This document shows positions 19,601-27,929 of a DNA stretch of 64,000 bases, one piece after another (the first letter of the stretch is position 1; each line of letters opens with the position of its first letter). Location of the stretch: the NCBI GenBank assembly GCA_018819305.1, contig JAHJQO010000040.1, forward strand, positions 44,320 through 108,319, given 5' to 3'. The stretch comes from Nanobdellota archaeon. GTDB lineage: Archaea; Nanobdellota; Nanobdellia; Woesearchaeales; SM23-78. The notes below the pieces were generated by a model that was given only the letters and a program-made list of their open reading frames with translations, made no database searches and had not been told where the DNA came from. Both the position numbers and the translations under genes were made by a program.

Positions 19601-19811
19601 GTTTACACCTCCTAATTAAACTAATTTTCTTTATTTTTAAATGAAATAAAGCTATTAAGTATATATATTTATGCGATAACCACTTCGGGACAAAAAACAC
19701 CTAAAAATGATAGAAGAAAATGCAACTAAAAACATCTTAAAAAATACATGCAAAAAAGAATACTACAAAAGAATTTATATTAAAGTTGTTATATAAAAGT
19801 TGTTTCTACAT

Positions 19812-20099
19812 TTATTCTTCAACCACAAAAACCTTGTCGTGTTCTCTCACATGCTCTGCGACTTTCATCCCAATATCATCGCCAGGCTTTGCTTCTTCGA
19901 CTTCTTTGTGATCAACCTGCATTGAGTCGACAGTCTGAACAAAGTCAGATGTTGCTCCTTTTATATGTATTTTGTCTCCTTTTTTCAAGGTATCTGTAAT
20001 CTCAATGACTGCAACACTAATATTAGTAAAATAATGAGACACAGCACCTACTTCTCGTTCTTCAGCCAATTTACCACCCCCAATAAAGCTGGAAAACAC
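19812..20099 (-). CDS. Small EF-Tu-domain-2-like beta-barrel protein
   Basis: GAVSHYFTNISVAVIEITDTLKKGDKIHIKGATSDFVQTVDSMQVDHKEV resembles archaeal 'translation elongation factor-like' mini-proteins. The listed start is GTG, so the true start is uncertain. Confidence 0.45.
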   Translation of the reverse strand: MFSSFIGGGKLAEEREVGAVSHYFTNISVAVIEITDTLKKGDKIHIKGATSDFVQTVDSMQVDHKEVEEAKPGDDIGMKVAEHVREHDKVFVVEE

Positions 20100-20144
20100 T
20101 GATTTCTTAAAAAGTTAACGCAAAATAAGCAGAATTCGTGGACA

Positions 20145-20273
20145 ATCACAATTATAACCCAAAAGTCTTCTCGAACAACTGATTATGGTCAGTTGACACC
20201 CAACGTACGGCATGCGCTCGCTATGCTCGCTTAGCCCCACTAAAAAATCACAACCCAAAAGTCTTCTCGAACT
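20145..20273. repeat. Direct repeat duplicating the 3' end of the wHTH gene, flanking a ~69-bp GC-rich spacer
   Basis: AATCACAA(TTATAA)CCCAAAAGTCTTCTCGAAC at 20145-20177 recurs as AATCACAACCCAAAAGTCTTCTCGAAC at 20247-20273. The second copy encodes the last codons (FEKTFGL*) of ORF 20248-20520. Confidence 0.6.
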
Positions 20274-20520
20274 CTTTCATCTGGTTGAACTGCTGTATGA
20301 ATGAGAATCCTTTGTTGGTTATCGCAAGCATTGTCTTGCCTTTTACATCCTGCTCTTCAACAAGCTGTTTTTCCATCAGCTCCTGCAGGTAAAGCTTCAT
20401 TTGTGTGTGAGAAAGATTAGCTTTATACATTAAATGGGTGGGTTTTATCTTGCCACCTTTATTACTAATAGTATATAACATGTCGTTTATTATTTCTATT
20501 CTACTTCTTTTTCTTTGCAT
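20248..20520 (-). CDS. Winged-helix DNA-binding protein
   Basis: 90 aa. [48 protein letters not shown] resembles small archaeal wHTH (HTH_45-like) proteins. Confidence 0.5.
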   Translation of the reverse strand: MQRKRSRIEIINDMLYTISNKGGKIKPTHLMYKANLSHTQMKLYLQELMEKQLVEEQDVKGKTMLAITNKGFSFIQQFNQMKEFEKTFGL

Positions 20521-21208
20521 TCCTAAGCACCATCAAAAATGTAACTAGTAAGAATAAGTAGCCAATTAACTGAATGATTTCTGCCAGAACATAGAGTGTG
20601 GGATTTGAACTTGTGAATATAAATACAAACTGGCTAAGGGTTATTACACTAAAACTCAGACACAGCCAAAGAGTATTCTTATATCGGTTCTTTTTATATG
20701 ACAAGAAGTATCTTCTGCTTATTGCCAGTAAAAAGACAAATGCAGTTACATAAAGGATAAAATAAGTAAATCTTGTAAAATAAGTTAATACAATAATAAA
20801 ATAAGCTATTATCACATAGTTCATCGACAGCTCGTCTTTTGATGAAAGTGCATATATTATGTAAAAGCCAAACAAAGTCAAAAGAGCAAACAAAAAGAAT
20901 CCAAATGCTGATAGCAAACCTGAAGAAGCAACTATTTCTTTGCCAAGTATATTTATCAGGAAGGGTTTAAACTTCCACGCATGCATATGAGTAAAAAGAT
21001 TGGTTAGTATTTTAGCAATAAATGATAATCCTAATAGTACAAATGCTCCTCCCAGAATAAAGTGTCTTTTGTTTTTTTTGTCAAGAGCAAAGTTTCTAAA
21101 ACTAAAAAATCCTATTAACAAAACAATTATGAGGCCAATTATGTCTATTGCAATGTCTTTTCCATAGAACCACGGCGGGCTATATACAAAATCAAGCCAG
21201 TATACCAT
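20501..21208 (-). CDS. Integral membrane protein
   Basis: 235 aa with about 7 hydrophobic helices. Overlaps the downstream wHTH gene by 20 nt. Confidence 0.45.
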   Translation of the reverse strand: MVYWLDFVYSPPWFYGKDIAIDIIGLIIVLLIGFFSFRNFALDKKNKRHFILGGAFVLLGLSFIAKILTNLFTHMHAWKFKPFLINILGKEIVASSGLLSAFGFFLFALLTLFGFYIIYALSSKDELSMNYVIIAYFIIVLTYFTRFTYFILYVTAFVFLLAISRRYFLSYKKNRYKNTLWLCLSFSVITLSQFVFIFTSSNPTLYVLAEIIQLIGYLFLLVTFLMVLRNAKKKK

Positions 21209-21464
21209 ATAGTAGTAAATGGGCGGATTTCATTTAAAAAGCTTGTGGTATTGTAACCTGTAAAAAGCCTTCATAGAGTATATATAAAGGTTTTACCATA
21301 ACAAAGGGTAGATCACCATGAATGGTCATGATGATTACTCAAACCTTCACCTCACAGCCTGAAGCAAAAAGAGAGGCGGCAGGGTTTTTATGTTAAACAC
21401 ACCTCCGTGGTTTAATATTATTGTTGCAAGCAAACCCTTTACCCAAAAAGCAAAGCCAAATTCT

Positions 21465-21752
21465 TCAACCCGGCCCCCTCATCATCAGGCTCACAACAAA
21501 CTTATAAATCATGATTAGTGCAAATACATACACTAAAAACGTTCTCACTCCAGCCATAACAAGCAGAAAGTAAATTCCTGCAAGAAGATCAAGAATGCTC
21601 AGAAAACTCTTTCTAAAAATAACTGCTTTCATAATCAGATAAAAAGCAAATATAAGAGCAATTTTCAATTCATTAAGAAAATTCAGATGCGTGGCAATCA
21701 TAAATGCTCCTGCCAGAACATCAATAAAACCAAGAAAAATAAATAATATCAT
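21465..21752 (-). CDS. Small membrane protein
   Basis: 95 aa with 3 hydrophobic helices. Starts 2 nt after the cobO stop. Confidence 0.4.
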   Translation of the reverse strand: MILFIFLGFIDVLAGAFMIATHLNFLNELKIALIFAFYLIMKAVIFRKSFLSILDLLAGIYFLLVMAGVRTFLVYVFALIMIYKFVVSLMMRGPG

Positions 21753-21754
21753 TT

Positions 21755-22291
21755 TTACTTCTCAATTCCATCACGAGCCATAACTCCTTGGTCATAAACA
21801 TGCTTTAGTTTTTTCATCTCAGTGCCATAATCGCATAAATCCAGAATATTTGGGGTGAATCCTCTTCCAGTCATCACCAGCTCTATATTTTCAGGCTTTG
21901 ACTTTATAAGATCTGCTAGATCATTTTCTTTAACAAAGCCGCAATTAAGAGCAGGCCCCATCTCATCAATAATCAGCATATCATAATTTCCTTTCTCAGC
22001 ATCATCAAAAACATTTCTAACAAAAGTTATGCACTCTTTTGCTTTTTGCTCATTTTCTTTTTCAGAGTATTTTTTAAAAAAAGGATGTAAAACATCATAC
22101 TTAACAAGTTTTATTCCTACTTTTTTTAGAATTGCATCTTCACTTGATTCGCTCTTAAACAATCTTGCAAAATAAACACTTTTGCCAGCACCTGTTGCTC
22201 TGATGGCCAGGCCTATTGCACAGGTTGTTTTTCCTTTTCCATCTCCAGTGTATATATGCACATAACCTTTGTTTGTCATTTTAATTCCCAT
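21755..22291 (-). CDS. cobO: Cob(I)alamin/cob(I)yrinic acid a,c-diamide adenosyltransferase (CobA/CobO/BtuR family)
   Basis: 178 aa with YTGDGKGKTTCAIGLAIRATGAGKSV P-loop and LIIDEMG motifs. Lies 15 nt downstream of nrdJ. Confidence 0.85.
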   Translation of the reverse strand: MGIKMTNKGYVHIYTGDGKGKTTCAIGLAIRATGAGKSVYFARLFKSESSEDAILKKVGIKLVKYDVLHPFFKKYSEKENEQKAKECITFVRNVFDDAEKGNYDMLIIDEMGPALNCGFVKENDLADLIKSKPENIELVMTGRGFTPNILDLCDYGTEMKKLKHVYDQGVMARDGIEK

Positions 22292-22306
22292 TTACATATG
22301 AAAAGT

Positions 22307-24781
22307 TTAGCTGCACTCACTATAACCGCAAAGAGCAGCACACTTAATGCATCCTTCAACATGCATCAGCGGACCTCCACAAAGAGGACAAGCACCTGTA
22401 AGATTTACTATTTCAGGACTGCCCTCATCTGGATTTTCTGTATACGACACCAGTTCGCTCTGTTGAGGAGGATGAGGTAACTGCACACCCATCTCTTTAA
22501 TATGATTCTCTATTGCTTTTCCAAGTGCATCTGCACATGAAAGCATTCTATCGGTGCCAAAACCAGCAGGCCTATGGCAGCTAATGCCTTTTAACTCTTT
22601 TATGATTTCTTTTGGATTTATACCAAATCTTAAAGCCAGAGATGAAAGCCTGCCAATTGCCTCTGCCTGAGAATCAGCACATCCTCCTGCTTTTCCAATC
22701 TGATTGAAAACTTCAAATAACTCTCCGCTTTCATCCTGATTAATTGTTACATAAAGATTGCCGCATCCTGTTTTTATTTTTCTTGTGGCACCAACAGTGA
22801 CAACAGGTCTTTTCTTTTTAACAGCAGCTGCTCTTTTAGGGGGCTGTTCTACTTCTTTTTCCTTTTTCATAATATTAAGCACTTGCTCATCCCTGCTTCC
22901 ATCCCTATAAACCGTGACACCTTTACATCCTGTTTTAAAAGCCATTTCATAAACATTTTTTATATCTGCTTCAGTTGCTTTGTTAGAAAAATTCACTGTC
23001 TTGCTAACTGCATTATCTATATTATTTTGAAATGCAGCCTGCATCTTGATATGATATTCAGGGCTAATATCATGCGAAGTAACAAAATAATTTCTTACCT
23101 CTTTTGGAATATCATCAATTTTATGTATTGTTCCTTGTTCACATACTTTTTCCATTAATTCTTTTGAATAAAATTTCATGTCCTTGGCTTGCTTTTCAAA
23201 CAAAGGATTAATATCAATCAACACATCTCCTTTGTGCAGAATATTCATTCTTTTGAAAGCAATTGCAAATAATGGTTCGACTCCGCTGGAAGCTCCTGCA
23301 ATTATACTGATAGAACCAGTTGGCGCAATAGTTGTTGTAGTTGCATTTCTCAATAGCAAATCTTTGCCTTTAAAATTCTTTGAATCTTTGTCATAAACAC
23401 TGTCTTTAAAATTCGGAAAAGTTCCTCTTTTTTTTGCCAGTTCAACAGAAGCATTTTTAGATTCGTCATCAATAAACTTCATTATTTTTTCTCCCAGCTT
23501 TGTTCCTTTATCTGAATTATAAGGAATTTTCATCTTTATAAGCAAATCTGCAAAGCCCATAACACCCAAACCAATTTTTCTGTTAGCAAGAGTCATCTTA
23601 GAAATTTGCTTTAAAGGATATTTATTCATATCAATAACATTGTCCAGAAAATGAACAGCATCATGAACGACTTGTTTCAGTCTGTCATAATCTATTTCTC
23701 CTTTATTTACAAAATTAGCTAAGTTAATAGAACCTAAGTTGCAGGATTCATAGGGCAGCAAAGGCTGTTCTCCGCAAGGATTTGTACTCTCGAATTCTCC
23801 AACATTAGGAGTTGGATTATATTCATTCATTCTGTCAATAAATATTGTGCCTGGTTCTCCATTTTTCCAAGCCATCTTTACAATCAAATCAAAAACTTTC
23901 TCTGCATTCAGCAAAACATCTCCTTCTCTGACAACACCAATTTCTTCATCAGTATGTCTGTCAAATACTTTTTTATTATCAGAGCTTAATCTAAGACTTG
24001 CAACATCTTTGTGTATTTGCTGCTGAACAAGTTCTAATTGTTCTAAATTATAATTTTTTTTATTGTGCGAATTAACCAGATGATAATATTGCTTCTTTTG
24101 AACAGCCTCCATGAATTTATCTGTCAGTGCCACAGACAAATTAAAATTAGTCATAGCCTGGTTGTCTGTTTTTGCATAAATAAAATCAATAATATCAGGA
24201 TGGTCTATTCTAAGGATGCCCATATTTGCTCCTCTTCGAGTGCCTCCTTGCTTTACTTCTTCTGTAGTATTGTTATACATCCTAATAAAAGATACCGGAC
24301 CTGGCGATGTTCCATTTGTTGTCTTTATTCTAGCACCATTAGGTCTAAGTTTATTAAAGCTAAACCCTGTTCCTCCGCCAGATTTATGGACCATTACAGT
24401 ATCATACAAAGTCTGCATTATGCTTCCCATATCATCATCAATTGGCAGGACAAAACAAGCAGACAACTGCTGCAAATGCCTTCCTGCATTCATAAGAGTG
24501 GGCGAGTTAGGCAGAAAATCGCAAGCAGCCATTAAATCATAGAACTTTTTTGCAGATTCTTTGATATCTGCATCTGAATCATAATTCTGGTCAGCAAGAC
24601 TTATATTGATTGCTACTCTGGCAAACAATTCTTCAGGTGTCTCACAAAGTTTGTTTTTATCATCTTTAGCAAGATATCTTCTTTCAAGAACAGTTTTTGC
24701 ATTATCACTGATTTTAGCTTTGTTTTTAATTAATTCTTTTTTTATTACCGGCAGCGCATCTGCATTTTTATTTTGTACCAT
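22307..24781 (-). CDS. nrdJ: Adenosylcobalamin-dependent (class II) ribonucleotide reductase
   Basis: 824 aa with the active-site loop STNPCGEQPLLPYESCNLGSINL, ATTTIAPTGSIS and a C-terminal Cys cluster (CPLCGGPLMHVEGCIKCAALCGYSEC). Confidence 0.9.
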   Translation of the reverse strand: MVQNKNADALPVIKKELIKNKAKISDNAKTVLERRYLAKDDKNKLCETPEELFARVAINISLADQNYDSDADIKESAKKFYDLMAACDFLPNSPTLMNAGRHLQQLSACFVLPIDDDMGSIMQTLYDTVMVHKSGGGTGFSFNKLRPNGARIKTTNGTSPGPVSFIRMYNNTTEEVKQGGTRRGANMGILRIDHPDIIDFIYAKTDNQAMTNFNLSVALTDKFMEAVQKKQYYHLVNSHNKKNYNLEQLELVQQQIHKDVASLRLSSDNKKVFDRHTDEEIGVVREGDVLLNAEKVFDLIVKMAWKNGEPGTIFIDRMNEYNPTPNVGEFESTNPCGEQPLLPYESCNLGSINLANFVNKGEIDYDRLKQVVHDAVHFLDNVIDMNKYPLKQISKMTLANRKIGLGVMGFADLLIKMKIPYNSDKGTKLGEKIMKFIDDESKNASVELAKKRGTFPNFKDSVYDKDSKNFKGKDLLLRNATTTTIAPTGSISIIAGASSGVEPLFAIAFKRMNILHKGDVLIDINPLFEKQAKDMKFYSKELMEKVCEQGTIHKIDDIPKEVRNYFVTSHDISPEYHIKMQAAFQNNIDNAVSKTVNFSNKATEADIKNVYEMAFKTGCKGVTVYRDGSRDEQVLNIMKKEKEVEQPPKRAAAVKKKRPVVTVGATRKIKTGCGNLYVTINQDESGELFEVFNQIGKAGGCADSQAEAIGRLSSLALRFGINPKEIIKELKGISCHRPAGFGTDRMLSCADALGKAIENHIKEMGVQLPHPPQQSELVSYTENPDEGSPEIVNLTGACPLCGGPLMHVEGCIKCAALCGYSECS

Positions 24782-24870
24782 CTTAAAACCTCTTCATCCT
24801 CTTTTTTTATTTTTTTGAAAAATCAGCAAAATCTTTGATTTTGTGTCTCAAAAGTTTTGCTTTTGTGATT

Positions 24871-25356
24871 TCAAAATTTGTTTTTCAATTTTGTTTTATT
24901 ATTATTATTTTTATTCTTAAGAAGTTTGAGTTCTTTTTCAAACTCACCAATATCCTTAAAATCTCTATAAACAGAAGCAAATCTTATGTAAGCTACAGAA
25001 TCTAGTTTTTTAAGATGCTTTATAACCAAATCACCAATAAAAGAACTCTTAACTTCCATTGTCTGCATGTTTCTTAAAGTTTTTTCAATATCATCAACTA
25101 TCTTGTCAACCTGCTCATTGCTCACAGGTCTTTTCTCACATGCCTTAAGAAGGCCTTTTCTCAGTTTTTCCTTGTCAAAGAATTCTCTGTTGCCATCTTT
25201 CTTTATGACTCTCAGACTAAAGTTCTCTATTTTTTCATAAGTAGTAAATCGTTTCTTGCAAGAGAGGCATTCTCTTCTTCTTCGGGTAGCTTCTTCTTCT
25301 GTTTCCCGCGTCTCAACCACTCTTGTATCCTTGCTTGAGCAAAATGGACATTTCAT
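24871..25356 (-). CDS. nrdR: Transcriptional repressor NrdR
   Basis: 161 aa. The zinc ribbon MKCPFCSSKDTRVVETRE...RRRECLSCKKRFTTYE is followed by an ATP-cone (LRVIKKDGNREFFDKEKL...). Confidence 0.9.
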   Translation of the reverse strand: MKCPFCSSKDTRVVETRETEEEATRRRRECLSCKKRFTTYEKIENFSLRVIKKDGNREFFDKEKLRKGLLKACEKRPVSNEQVDKIVDDIEKTLRNMQTMEVKSSFIGDLVIKHLKKLDSVAYIRFASVYRDFKDIGEFEKELKLLKNKNNNNKTKLKNKF

Positions 25357-25363
25357 AGCATAA

Positions 25364-25410
25364 ACCCCACATATAGTGTCTAAGATGATAAAAAACCCTA
25401 CATATTGGGT
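25364..25410 (-). promoter_or_regulatory. Two NrdR-box-like 16-bp palindromes upstream of nrdR
   Basis: On the gene strand the boxes are ACACTATATGTGGGGT (25379-25364) and ACCCAATATGTAGGGT (25410-25395). Each matches 13/16 of the acaCwAtATaTwGtgt consensus as I recall it. Start-to-start spacing is 31 bp. A TATA-like TTTATAAA sits about 15 nt further upstream. Confidence 0.5.
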
Positions 25411-25491
25411 TTATTTGGTCTTTATAAAGATTTACGTTGTTTAAAATATAATACAGAAAAAGTATTTTAAAAAATAAATAATAAAAAAGTC

Positions 25492-25722
25492 TTAAATCAG
25501 CTTTTTACCTGTTTCAGTCTCTGTAATGTGAATGCAAGCAACTGGACAGACTTCTGCAGCGTCTTTTATTGCGCTGATTTCATCAACATCAGGTGTTTTA
25601 ACAACGGCTTTAGGCATGCCTGAATCATCATCTTTCATATCAAAACTATCAGGACAGCAGGCAGTGCAAGCACCGCAGCCAGTACATTGTTCCGCATCAA
25701 TTTCTACTTTGTATTTTGCCAT
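25492..25722 (-). CDS. 4Fe-4S ferredoxin
   Basis: 76 aa with a CTGCGACTACCP cluster motif plus a distal CPVAC. Confidence 0.8.
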   Translation of the reverse strand: MAKYKVEIDAEQCTGCGACTACCPDSFDMKDDDSGMPKAVVKTPDVDEISAIKDAAEVCPVACIHITETETGKKLI

Positions 25723-25831
25723 TTTATTCTCCTATAAACTCAGGATTTGTTTAAAAATGTTTTGTATGTTTTTTACAAAACATTCTCAAAAACTTTTTTA
25801 GGCTTTTGTTGAAAGTTATGTTTCTTGCTGT

Positions 25832-26116
25832 TTATTTGTTCTTTGCCTTCTCAACAGCCTTGTTCATCTCATCAACCATATTGTCAATGTCCTTGTCACT
25901 CATACCATGAGCCTGGCATCCCTGCTCAAGAGTCTCAAAAGCAACCATACCACATCCTATACAATGCAAACCCTGCTTAAACATCACAGGCACAGAGTCA
26001 GGAAACTTAGCAGCAATATCACCTAAAACCATATCTTTTGACACGCCTTTGACTTCCTTAGCTACCTTTTTCTTTGCAACTTTTTTTTCAGTTTTTTTAA
26101 CTTGTTTCTTTGCCAT
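25832..26116 (-). CDS. DUF1858-type (hybrid-cluster-protein-associated redox disulfide) domain protein
   Basis: GDIAAKFPDSVPVMFKQGLHCIGCGMVAFETLEQGCQAHG. ATG at 26116 is preferred over the listed TTG start at 26131. Confidence 0.6.
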   Translation of the reverse strand: MAKKQVKKTEKKVAKKKVAKEVKGVSKDMVLGDIAAKFPDSVPVMFKQGLHCIGCGMVAFETLEQGCQAHGMSDKDIDNMVDEMNKAVEKAKNK

Positions 26117-26139
26117 GATGCTCACAAACAAGGATTTAT

Positions 26140-27000
26140 TTATAAAGGTTTCAGTTGAGAATTATTGTTATATAAAATAATGCCTTCTGAAATCATGTGT
26201 GCGTACTCATTTTGCACACGTTCATCTGATATTGCTAAATTATCCTCCCTATATTTTTCATCTATAAACCCACATTCAATTAGCACAGAAGGGATTTGAG
26301 TCCTATGCAATGCATGGCCAAGCATTAAGTAGTCATTCATCATGAATCCAGGAATGTATTTTTTGATGTTGTTTTGCTTCACTAAAACCAAATCAGCCTT
26401 ATTGTTACTTGGCTTAAAACTCATTATAAGCGAATCATATATGGAATGAGCTAATAATTTGCTTTTTTCAAACGAACCATTTTCAGGACTGGTTGTAACA
26501 CTAAAACCAGAAAACTTACCTCTATATTCTTCAACTGTATCATTTATATGAATATTAATAATCAAATCAATTGGCTGGCTCTCAGCCCATTTGAGAATGG
26601 ATAATTGAATTACGGCTTCTTCCAAAGGCATACGATGGTTTCCAGTATTATTTTTTCTAAACTCAGATATTTTTTCCAATAGATCTTCTTTATTATGTTT
26701 CAAATAAGTCTCAATACTTGGCAAATAATCTATTTCATCACGAGTCAGAGTAGCGTTCAATCCTTGCTCATGCAAAAATTCTTGGGTTTTCTCAGCAATT
26801 TTTGTATTAATAATATATTCATATCCCACTCCTTTCATATAACAACCATAACCCTGTTTAAATACAGCTTTGTTATGGCCTGGATTAAGAAGAATCTGAA
26901 GATTCTTACTATCTTTATTACTATATATGGAATGATTAAAAACAGATTTAAAATCTAACAAAGCAAAAGATAGATACTGTATGAATTCTCTTCTTTTCAT
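26140..27000 (-). CDS. N-acetylmuramoyl-L-alanine amidase (Amidase_3-like) with Tat-like signal
   Basis: 286 aa. The N-terminus MKRREFIQYLSFALL is twin-arginine-like. Amidase_3-like motifs are LNPGHNK, DLIINIHIND and IPSVLIECGFIDEKYREDNL. Confidence 0.65.
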   Translation of the reverse strand: MKRREFIQYLSFALLDFKSVFNHSIYSNKDSKNLQILLNPGHNKAVFKQGYGCYMKGVGYEYIINTKIAEKTQEFLHEQGLNATLTRDEIDYLPSIETYLKHNKEDLLEKISEFRKNNTGNHRMPLEEAVIQLSILKWAESQPIDLIINIHINDTVEEYRGKFSGFSVTTSPENGSFEKSKLLAHSIYDSLIMSFKPSNNKADLVLVKQNNIKKYIPGFMMNDYLMLGHALHRTQIPSVLIECGFIDEKYREDNLAISDERVQNEYAHMISEGIILYNNNSQLKPL

Positions 27001-27055
27001 AAGGCGGCTCCTTTAAATATAAAACAACACCCACCTCTTAATAAAAAATCAAAAA

Positions 27056-27793
27056 TCAGTCATTATCAACTCTTGGAGCAAGTATAAATGCAAGCTGAAC
27101 CTTGTTCTTCTCAATATACTCAACTCTTAGAGGGTAATCTTTTGCAAATTCCAATGTGACTTTATCACTTAACTTGCTTCCCTGCATAATCTTTTTCAAG
27201 TATTCCAAGGAATATTTTGCTTTTACTTTTTCAGTTGCAGTAATTTTTGTTCCGTCACCGCCAACTATGTCAATATTTGCCTTGTTCAGGTCTCCAGTGG
27301 CACTCACAACAAAATGTTTTGGGTCTGCTATAAAGCTCACTGATTCACCTACAATATCTGCGTCTTCGATGGCTTCATTAATAATGCTTGAATCTGTAGT
27401 TATTGTAACTGAAAACTTTAGATCTGGCACTTTTTGCTCTTTTTCTTCAACATCAATCAAAGGCATGTGAAAAGTTCTTGTGCTTGTGCCTTTTAAAGTT
27501 ATTTTTAGCTTGTTATCATCAAGTTCCAAAGATATGATGTCATTTGATTTTGCTCTGCGAAGAATCTGTTTAAGATTGTTTAGGTTGATTCCTAAGAGCT
27601 CTGGTTTCTTCACATCATACTCTGTAAATGTACTTCCCATGAGCTTGAAAATAACCATTGCCACATTTGCAGGGTCCATGGCAATAAGCTCAATATTATC
27701 AGGTGTTACCTTAAAAGTCCCCTCTGTCACTAAGTCAGAAATAATTGACACACTCTCTTTTAGATATTTTGAATCAGCAAGTGTAAGCTTCAT
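27056..27793 (-). CDS. pcn: DNA polymerase sliding clamp PCNA
   Basis: 245 aa. Full-length PCNA pattern (LKESVSIISDLVTEGTFKVTPDNIELIAMDPANVAMV...LKYSLEYLKKI...LAPRVD). Confidence 0.9.
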   Translation of the reverse strand: MKLTLADSKYLKESVSIISDLVTEGTFKVTPDNIELIAMDPANVAMVIFKLMGSTFTEYDVKKPELLGINLNNLKQILRRAKSNDIISLELDDNKLKITLKGTSTRTFHMPLIDVEEKEQKVPDLKFSVTITTDSSIINEAIEDADIVGESVSFIADPKHFVVSATGDLNKANIDIVGGDGTKITATEKVKAKYSLEYLKKIMQGSKLSDKVTLEFAKDYPLRVEYIEKNKVQLAFILAPRVDND

Positions 27794-27929
27794 ATTACAA
27801 CCCCCCTATATTTATACCTTAATATATACCTTAACCTTTATGCTATGAGAGACAATGGAGGAATATATAAGTTTTTTGGTAAAGAACTATAACAATTCAA
27901 ATATAATAATATAATTAATATATAATTAA

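Noticed and set aside
21209-21464. Slightly GC-richer 256-bp intergenic region as a possible ncRNA or tRNA
   Set aside because: I could find no T-loop or D-loop motifs, no convincing long helices and no promoter-like TATA at a suitable distance.
24065-24542. 156-aa and 108-aa plus-strand ORFs inside nrdJ, and similar ORFs at 22883-23396
   Set aside because: They are shadow ORFs opposite a full-length class II RNR with intact catalytic motifs.
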